Assembly (NCBI GenBank): GCA_945878825.1
Contig: CAMDWC010000001.1
Span: 1 to 52,634 of the forward strand
Length of the DNA stretch: 52,634 bases
Direction of reading: 5' to 3'
Source of the DNA: Haliscomenobacter hydrossis DSM 1100
GTDB lineage: Bacteria; Bacteroidota; Bacteroidia; Chitinophagales; Saprospiraceae
This document shows positions 46,901 to 52,634 of this stretch, one piece after another. Every line of letters starts with the position of its first letter. Position 1 is the first letter of the stretch. Made by a program: the position numbers and the translations under genes. The notes below the pieces were generated by a model, which was not told the DNA's origin, made no database searches, and was given only the letters and a program-made list of their open reading frames with translations.

Positions 46901-47380
46901 TTGTGCAGTTCCCTTAATATTCACTGAAACGCCTATCAGTGGTTGACCATTCAAATCCGTAACTTTTCCTGAAACGGAAATATCTTCAACAGTATTTACC
47001 TCTTCGAAACTAATTTTTTTACCTCCCTTGACGAGAGCTATTTGACTTCCCTGGACTTTGTAAATTACTTCACTTTCCTTAAAAAGAAGGTCAAGAACAT
47101 CGAAGACTTCCGTATTTTTTTTAATGATTGATATTTTTCGGTCAACGTCAACCATCCCACTATAAAAAAATCTAAATCCACTTTGGCTTTCAATTTCATT
47201 CAATATCTCTTTTACGGACGAATTTTTAAGTTCTAAACTTACTTTTGAACCTTGCGCGTTGTTTTCTGTCGCATAGCAACTAAATATGGTAAGCAACGAA
47301 ATAATTATTGTTAATTTCATTTTTAATAAAATTTTTAGGACATCTGCTTCTGTGCAGAAACATAACCAAACTTTTTTCAT
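43919..47380 (-). CDS. SusC/RagA-family TonB-dependent transducer with N-terminal STN signalling domain
   Basis: The 1153-aa ORF probably starts at MKLTIIISLL (47320). It has the STN motif VKEILNEIESQSGFRFFYS, a CarboxypepD_reg segment (VSGKVTDLNGQPLIGVSVNIKGT), a plug, and a barrel ending in F. Confidence 0.9.
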   Translation of the reverse strand: MKKVWLCFCTEADVLKILLKMKLTIIISLLTIFSCYATENNAQGSKVSLELKNSSVKEILNEIESQSGFRFFYSGMVDVDRKISIIKKNTEVFDVLDLLFKESEVIYKVQGSQIALVKGGKKISFEEVNTVEDISVSGKVTDLNGQPLIGVSVNIKGTAQGTVTDADGNYSLNNVPEGASLQFSFIGLKTLELAVGNQTVFNVMMEEESIGLEEVVVIGYGTSKKRDLTGSVATVKQKDMSKMAFNDATKAILGKVAGVLVSENNLPGGSSSLLIRGKRSILASNAPLLVVDGVPIAGGDLSDFPVSDIQSMEILKDASATAVYGSRAANGVVLVTTKRGEYNSVGKFEYNSFYGIQTAANLQPYMNSAQYLQRNRWFNWSQGLYADPNFPTYSADKIMRPYSNGSVGGIPFDPYTRSFIDAAWAGGNYNPEKLDGTNWQDILFRQGMVTDHQLSFTGGEKNLRTFMAGGYYKNKGFGIFDEYQRFSFRANIDYAVKNWWTITFSSSNTHAQNPSKGYGNTTFGGRNNVSFNLIPISKPFLEDGSINMLPGNDSGIGSFLNPLLNQDGRTREASSYRFLETLTSNIKLGRMLSYKLQVSFDGSFASDGEFNGQFSSWGLGNKSALGIGVNRADYAVSSSYSYLMENIININPDLGPNHSFSATLLNSFQTFTDKGLYFGADNNEIPYQKWYNMAGYPDNRRVSSSINKSSLLSYLGRFNYSYLNKYLLTGSLRIDGSSVFSRGNKYDYFPSFAFAWKLNEENLFKNIEFIDQLKLRVGYGVTGNSAVSPGQTLGSLRKTAYLFQQSLGGLETPLFGYAPRTLNTILKWEKTGQYNVGLDFEIFKGFVSGTVDIYSSKTTDLIMPRKLPVAAAGLEDIVQNIGQTLNKGIEVLLSSTLFKQKDFRWTTDLTFSFNKEAIDKIYKVGDDIDNGWFIGQPLNVLYFYDYIKILDPLADSEDQAIIDVKNKAEGLIKYKSGDVLVRDLNGDNKITAADRMILGQIRPKFIGAITNTLSYKGLDFTFMFYGKYGNIIGMNYGTLNSDRDNAPVVNYWTPGNKDATFPRLRVGQPNETYAIAFVDGSYFRLRNVNLNFNFPSKLIKQLRLSKLSAYVAVQNPYLILKNKRFIGTDPEYAPGIGDLPQPTSTMFGLSVGF

Positions 47381-47538
47381 AATTTTGTTTTTTGGTTTAA
47401 TACCGTTGTTAAATCATTTTCGGAGAAGGTGGAAGGTTCATTTCTGCCTTTTCCTTTTTACCTTGGAATCAGATTGCCTCCTATTCCATTTGTTTTAAAA
47501 ATTTAAAGTCACAGTTAACTTACATAGGCGATAGAATT

Positions 47539-48576
47539 TTATAAATTACTATTCTTTTTGCGGTAACTTATTTTTGTCACTCTGGTTTTGTTGTTAAAAA
47601 AGTAAGAGATTGGAGCGGTAGCTTCTAATAATTCGAGTACTTCTGGGAAAGTCTCCATTTCTAAGACACCAGAAAACCATATTTCTTTTAATCTATCGTC
47701 TTTTTCAAGTTCAATTTTCACATTGTACCATCGTTCCAACTTACGAGCTACTTCTGTGAGGTATTCTTTTCTAAAGACTAATTTTCCATCTTTCCAGCGC
47801 GTAAATAAAACAGCATCCACATTCTTAATATAAAATCTTTTGTTTTCATAAAAAGTCATCTGTCCCGGTTTGAGAGCAAATTTCACCTTAGTATTCTTCC
47901 CCTTTATCAAGACACTTCCTTTAACCAAAGTAGTCTCAAAGGAAGGATAATCAGAAAAAGCTTTTACGTTAAATGAAGTTCCTAAAACTTCCACATCGCC
48001 GTAAATGGTGGAAACAACAAATAATTTAGCACTTTTTATTACCTCAAAATAAGCTTCTCCTTGTAAAATGACTCTCCTATTTTCATCAAACATTAAAGGA
48101 AAGGTAATAGAAGAACCTGCATTCAACCAAACTAAAGAACCATCGGGCAATACGGTTGAAGTCTTTGCACCAAATGGTGTATTTATGGTTTGGAATTGCT
48201 TCTTTTTCTTGTCTTGATCTGAATTTTTAAAATATATAAAGTCATAAATAATTAAACTAACAGCTAAAACGGCAGCTATCTTTAAAATTATGGAATAAGA
48301 CCTTACCTTTTTATATGATTTATTTAGTTTATCAATTAAGATTGAATTTTTTATTTTTTGAAACACTCCAAGATTTGGCACTGGAAAATCTGCAGAATCA
48401 ATTAAAATTTCTTCCCATAAAATATCCATTTCCCCAAGTAAAAAATCCTCATTCTGCTTTTCCAACATTCCTATGGAGAATTCCTTGAATTCATCCGGCG
48501 TTGAAATTCCATGAAAATATTTTCTTAATAAACGCTTCATATCTATGATTATAACTATAATACACAGCAACAGCAT
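47539..48576 (-). CDS. FecR-family anti-sigma factor
   Basis: The 345-aa ORF probably starts at MKRLLRKYFHG (48540). It has a single TM helix mid-protein and a FecR-like periplasmic domain (GEAYFEV...F.V.T....V.VLGTSFNV). Confidence 0.85.
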   Translation of the reverse strand: MLLLCIIVIIIDMKRLLRKYFHGISTPDEFKEFSIGMLEKQNEDFLLGEMDILWEEILIDSADFPVPNLGVFQKIKNSILIDKLNKSYKKVRSYSIILKIAAVLAVSLIIYDFIYFKNSDQDKKKKQFQTINTPFGAKTSTVLPDGSLVWLNAGSSITFPLMFDENRRVILQGEAYFEVIKSAKLFVVSTIYGDVEVLGTSFNVKAFSDYPSFETTLVKGSVLIKGKNTKVKFALKPGQMTFYENKRFYIKNVDAVLFTRWKDGKLVFRKEYLTEVARKLERWYNVKIELEKDDRLKEIWFSGVLEMETFPEVLELLEATAPISYFFNNKTRVTKISYRKKNSNL

Positions 48577-48593
48577 TTATCCCTAATGAAAAA

Positions 48594-49256
48594 TCAATAA
48601 AAAAGATAAAAACATAATTGTGACATCAAACCTAAACTGTTGAGTTTCTCTTTAACGAAGGTAGTAGCTCGGTTTATATGGTATTCTACCGTTTTTGTGG
48701 TAATATTTAGCTGAATAGCAATTTCTTTGTAAGAAAGACCCTCTTGACGACTCAATAAGAAAATTTCCTTTTGTCGAACTGGCAATTTGTCTACAACCTT
48801 ATCAATTTCTTCTTTTAAATATTTGAATTGCAATTGTTCCAAAACATCATATTCTTCAGCAATTGATAACTTTTGAATTTCATCCCTTATTTTTTGGTTA
48901 TTCAATCGCCTGCGTAATTCATTTATTAAATGGTTTCGGGTAATAGTGAAAATGAAAGAATTAAATGTTTCCGTAGATTTAATATTTTTTCTATTATGCC
49001 ATATTTTGACAAAAACTTCCTGAAGAATGTCGTCAATTCCTTCTTCGATTTTCAAAAATTTTTTAGAAAAATAAAATAATCGAGGATAAAAATAAAGGAA
49101 CAATTCCTCCAAAGCTGACTCTTTATCCATGGACAAATCAATTATTATTCTGTCCAAATCATTTTTTTTCACTATTATGCCTTTTATTTGCTTTAAGTAT
49201 TGGAAATCCAATGGTGGAAACATTTCCAAAATAAAAATAAAATTTCTATAATCCAC
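48594..49256 (-). CDS. ECF-type RNA polymerase sigma-70 factor
   Basis: Region 2 has QEVFVKIWHNR and region 4 has the HTH SYKEIAIQLNITTKTVEYHINRA. The true start is probably internal. Confidence 0.85.
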   Translation of the reverse strand: MDYRNFIFILEMFPPLDFQYLKQIKGIIVKKNDLDRIIIDLSMDKESALEELFLYFYPRLFYFSKKFLKIEEGIDDILQEVFVKIWHNRKNIKSTETFNSFIFTITRNHLINELRRRLNNQKIRDEIQKLSIAEEYDVLEQLQFKYLKEEIDKVVDKLPVRQKEIFLLSRQEGLSYKEIAIQLNITTKTVEYHINRATTFVKEKLNSLGLMSQLCFYLFY

Positions 49257-49730
49257 TAATTATGAATTTTTTTATAAAGTAAAATGATTTAAATCCAACT
49301 TTTTTTCAAGAAACCCATTTAAAAAACCAAAGCATATATGAATCAGTGAGGCTAATTCATTTTCCTTGTTTTAAAGTTTCCTGTAAATCTTCAAACAGGA
49401 ATTTTACACTTATTTATAGATAGAGCACTTCAACGTCAACTTATAGGCTTTCAGAATCAATCTATATTAACCGTGCTTAGACATAAAACAACCAATACAG
49501 GGAACAATTTTGCCAACATCGGTAGTAAAAAGGTGCCAAAGTCGGTAATTTGGGTTATTTTTGGTTCTTGATTCTAATATAAAACGAAGAAAAAGAACTA
49601 TTTACCTGATATGCATCGGGTATCTACGATCCATAAAATTATATTGCTGGCATGGTAAAGAAATATCTAAAAATAATGCTTACTACCTTAATCTTTCTTT
49701 TGAACAAGACAATCATGCATTTTTAGCTGT

Positions 49731-50926
49731 TTAATATAAAAATCCGAATAACCAGATTGGAATTTTATTTTGATATCCATATTCTATTTCATCCGATACA
49801 ATAAAGGTGTTTTCAATTCCTGTAATTTGCTTTTTGGATTTATCCTTCCCTCCTATCTCAAATACGTAAGTATTATCTACTAAAAAATCTGTTTTTTCAT
49901 GAAAACTAATTTTATGTTTGTACCCTACCTGATTTGCAAAAAATGTTTCTCTAACATTCCCTCTATTAGCAGAAAAAGAAGAAAGAACATACATAAGATT
50001 GGTGTTCTCTAAATAAATTTTGGCTGGTTTTTGTAATCTAACACTCGCACTAGCCACTTTTAATAAATGATATGTTAAACCCAGTTCTTGCAGATAAAAT
50101 AAATAAGACATTAAGGTAGTTCTATGGATTTCTATTTTTTGACTCAGATTAACGATATTAGGAACAAAGGGTACAGACGCTGAAATAATGCCTAATAATT
50201 GCTTTATTTTTGGAACTAATCCTATATCCATTCCACGAAGTAAGGGAAGTTCAATCTCAAGCATCATATTTATTACTTCCTCTACCCGTTGCTCATATAA
50301 ATCTAATTCTTCTCTATAAAATGGGTAATATCCTTGTTTTAAGTACTTTTCAAAATGAGGGAAAACTTTAATTTTAGCGTTGATCAGACCAGCCAAATGA
50401 AGGTGATCTTTCAAAATAGATTCCAATGTTAATGGGGTAAAATATATCCCTGTTTCTAACATAATATATTCCCTGAATGAGAGTCCCTGCATGTGATATA
50501 TCACGACTCTTCTGCTCAAATCAGCGCGCGAATTTAAAATTTCCAATAGTGAAGATCCTGTAAAAACAATTTGTAATTCAGAATAATCATCATATATATT
50601 TTTTAATTCTTGCGCCCAATTGGGATATTTATGTACTTCATCTAAAAAAAGATGCTTGCCCCATTCCTTACAAATTCATCCGCTAAGCCCAGAAGGGATT
50701 TGCCTCTAAAAGCAAAAGAATCCAAACTCACATATAGCGTAAGCGCCTTATTATCGGTAAAGTTAATTTTTAAATATTGTAAAAGTAAGGTTGTTTTCCC
50801 TACGCCTCTGGCGCCTTTTATACCAATTAGACGAGCATTCCAATTTACTTCTTGCATAAAGCTTCTCACAAAATCGGTTTGGATTTTTTGTGATATTCTT
50901 TGGTATCTGTTAAATAATTCCTCCAT
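49731..50926 (-). pseudogene. AAA_14 / DUF4143 ATPase, frameshifted
   Basis: The N-terminal ORF (MEELFNRYQ...GIKGARGVGKTTLL...DEFVRNG) ends prematurely. The continuation (G)KHLFLDEVHKYPNWAQELKNIYDD...TGSS... lies in another frame. The shift maps to the G4 run at 50658-50661. The C-terminal part is DUF4143-like. Confidence 0.8.
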
Positions 50927-51086
50927 AATGCACATTGTATTGTACAAATATAGGCATTTTTTGCTTATTGCAATGTACAAATTTTTCTAGCAGCGGAAGA
51001 TTGTTACCCCAAATAATATTTAAATTATTGATGGACAGCCGGCTAACACCAAATTAAATACAACTGTTTTTGTTAGGTTTAAAAGC

Positions 51087-51587
51087 CTACCTAATAATTG
51101 AAAAATTCTCAAAGGACAGTCCTTTTAAGTCAATACATTTGATATCAACTCTCTCGAATGATTCAATGTAATCATTTTTTATAAAATTAATTATGATATC
51201 TAAATGATATATAGCTTTTTTAAAATGTTTGCTGTAAGTTACACATGCGATTTGAACCCCTAATTTTTCTCCTTTTTTAAAATTCTCACTTAACAAGTAT
51301 CGAGATCTTCTGGATAGTTGAAATAATTTAATGTATGACATATAAATTTTTTCATCCAATTTAGCCAAAGAAATAGTATTATATGGATTAATTAATTCAT
51401 CAACCTTGCTATGAGATAGATAGTTCGCATCAGTTTTTATAACAATATGTGCATTAATTAAGTGTAAAGCGGAATAAAAACATACAGTTACCTGCCAATC
51501 CCAACAATTATCTAAATTTGTACTAATTTTTGATAAAAATCCAATATTGCTTTGAGATTGATGAATATGCTCTTTAAATGTCCCCAA
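51087..51587 (-). CDS. hypothetical all-alpha protein (HEPN-like? unverified), downstream gene of a two-gene cassette
   Basis: 166 aa. The only plausible start is TTG at 51587, one nt after the upstream stop. Strings WDWQVTVCFYSALHLINAHI, SHSKVDELI and LSRRSRYLL suggest a helical bundle. I found no canonical Rx4-6H. Confidence 0.45.
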   Translation of the reverse strand: MGTFKEHIHQSQSNIGFLSKISTNLDNCWDWQVTVCFYSALHLINAHIVIKTDANYLSHSKVDELINPYNTISLAKLDEKIYMSYIKLFQLSRRSRYLLSENFKKGEKLGVQIACVTYSKHFKKAIYHLDIIINFIKNDYIESFERVDIKCIDLKGLSFENFSIIR

Positions 51588-51588
51588 T

Positions 51589-52062
51589 TTAAATTTGTTT
51601 TTTTAATACCTCTTTATAATGCTTAGGAACGTTTAAACTATCGCCAACTTCAACAATGGTTATAGATATATGAAATCCAAAGGTAGAAAACGCAAAATTG
51701 ACCTTTGCAGCAGATAAAATCAGGGCATCTTCTGTTATTTCGTCATCATTTTCAATTTCTGCCCAAACTAAAACTTTTGAATTTGAAAGTTCTAGCGCAA
51801 CTCTATTAGGACGAGCTTTTCTCTCTCCTAATTCGATAAAATACGATTCAATTAAATTTTTGACAAAAAAAGCAGAACTTGATTTTCTGGCATATTTGTG
51901 CATAAAATCTTGATCCCCATTAATCATGGCTTCATATACTTCCTTCTTTTGTCTTTCCAGCACATCTGCTTGTAAAAGTAATTGATCAACCCTTAAATTC
52001 GAAACCATCTCATCAAACCATTGATTGGTTTCTGGTTGATTTTCAACTTTTTCTTTTAGCAT
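51589..52062 (-). CDS. hypothetical protein, upstream gene of a two-gene cassette
   Basis: 157 aa with an ATG start. It has a charged helical N-terminal half and a beta-rich C-terminal half (KVLVWAEIENDDEITEDALILSAAKVNFAFSTFGFHISITIVE). No family recognised. Confidence 0.5.
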   Translation of the reverse strand: MLKEKVENQPETNQWFDEMVSNLRVDQLLLQADVLERQKKEVYEAMINGDQDFMHKYARKSSSAFFVKNLIESYFIELGERKARPNRVALELSNSKVLVWAEIENDDEITEDALILSAAKVNFAFSTFGFHISITIVEVGDSLNVPKHYKEVLKKQI

Positions 52063-52270
52063 ATTGCGATTTTAATAGTTTGTCAAAATTATTTATCAGC
52101 AAACTTTTAAACAAAAGTAAATGTACATTATTTTTATTAGAAATGGTGATGTTCCTGAAAGGCATCGAAATTTCTTCTTTAGGCAGAAACCAAGTGTATT
52201 CGTCCGATATGCTCCCAATGTAAAATTCCGTTATGGCCTCTATCATGATACAATAAATTCCCCTATTTAC

Positions 52271-52293
52271 GGAGCAATGACATTCGCCCCTAC
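52271..52293. repeat. REP-like half-palindrome (GGAGCAATGACATTCGCCCCTAC)
   Basis: It shares CATTCGCCCCTAC with the inferred palindrome GGGGCGAATG.CATTCGCCCC. The complementary half is seen at 23407-23426. Confidence 0.4.
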
Positions 52294-52634
52294 CTAACAT
52301 TTCCTCCAAACCGAATACGTTCTCTGAAATTTAGCCCAATGGATACGGAAGCATTTCACGATTTTTGAGTAAATGATTTTCGTTAGGTAATAAGTTTGAA
52401 AGGAAGCAAATTAAAAACATTTCTGTTCTGTAAATGCCCTTTGATGAGTCTGTTATCGTAGGAGGCCGTCTAAAAAGGTACCCTCTCTTTATACTACTCT
52501 ATAAATTTTGGTATTAGAATTTTTCCAATATTTAAATTTGAGTGAATCTTTATGATTTTTAAGGATGGACTGCGCTATTAGGCCTTTGTAGTGGCAAATA
52601 AATGAAAATGGCTCCTTTTATGAGGCTTTTTTGG

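Noticed and set aside
49257-49730. Invertible promoter (phase-variation switch) upstream of the PUL sigma factor
   Set aside because: Only short 6-7 bp hairpins are present (e.g. TTCCTGT...ACAGGAA). There are no long flanking inverted repeats and no intact recombinase nearby.
50652-50990. 112-aa plus ORF mirroring the ATPase N-terminal ORF
   Set aside because: It is an exact antisense shadow. The minus frame has the Walker A motif GARGVGKTT.
52602-52634. Possible gene start ATGAAAATGGCTCCTTTTATGAGG... at the window edge
   Set aside because: Only 11 codons are visible, so there is no basis for a call.

Overview
Visibly AT-rich Bacteroidota chromosomal segment, judged from a SusC/SusD pair, a T9SS C-terminal sorting domain, a FISUMP domain, Ala-Gln signal-peptide cleavage sites and a TAnnTTTG promoter box. 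It falls into four blocks. (i) 1-18.1 kb holds housekeeping and envelope genes: SDR reductase, TlpA-type oxidoreductase, Tat-exported TIM-barrel isomerase, Xaa-Pro aminopeptidase, AAA ATPase, and a TonB-dependent receptor with lipoproteins. This block is interrupted by a mobile-element graveyard (IS21 left-end remnant, resolvase stub, truncated DUF2490) and several decayed genes. It also carries a pentameric ligand-gated-ion-channel-like gene in an apparent operon with a DUF2490 gene. (ii) 18.1-28.6 kb holds a DUF6364/PIN toxin-antitoxin pair whose toxin has a nonsense codon, followed by a ~9.7 kb composite island at tRNA-Arg(CCT). In this island the 48-nt tRNA 3' core plus an integrase-tail module recurs 3-4 times, and every integrase copy is truncated or deleted. 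Its cargo is a tandem LamG paralog array, a FISUMP protein with a T9SS-sorted protein, an AAA-ATPase/PD-(D/E)XK protein and an NTF2-like lipoprotein. (iii) 28.9-49.3 kb is a polysaccharide utilization locus. It contains ECF sigma, FecR anti-sigma, a SusC with an STN signalling domain and SusD. Convergent to these lies a GlcNAc operon: esterase, six-hairpin protein, NagB-LmbE fusion, GH20 hexosaminidase and an SSS transporter. The locus also has putative glycosidases I cannot assign to a family. (iv) 49.7-52.3 kb holds a frameshifted DUF4143 ATPase and a tightly coupled two-gene cassette of unknown family. I saw no rRNA, CRISPR array, reverse transcriptase, or intact transposase or integrase. 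I cannot point to one clear-cut new system. The best novelty candidates are the 51.1-52.1 kb two-gene cassette, the LamG cassette array inside the tRNA island, the pLGIC-DUF2490 pair and the unassigned PUL enzymes. All family assignments rest on motif recognition by eye, not on searches.
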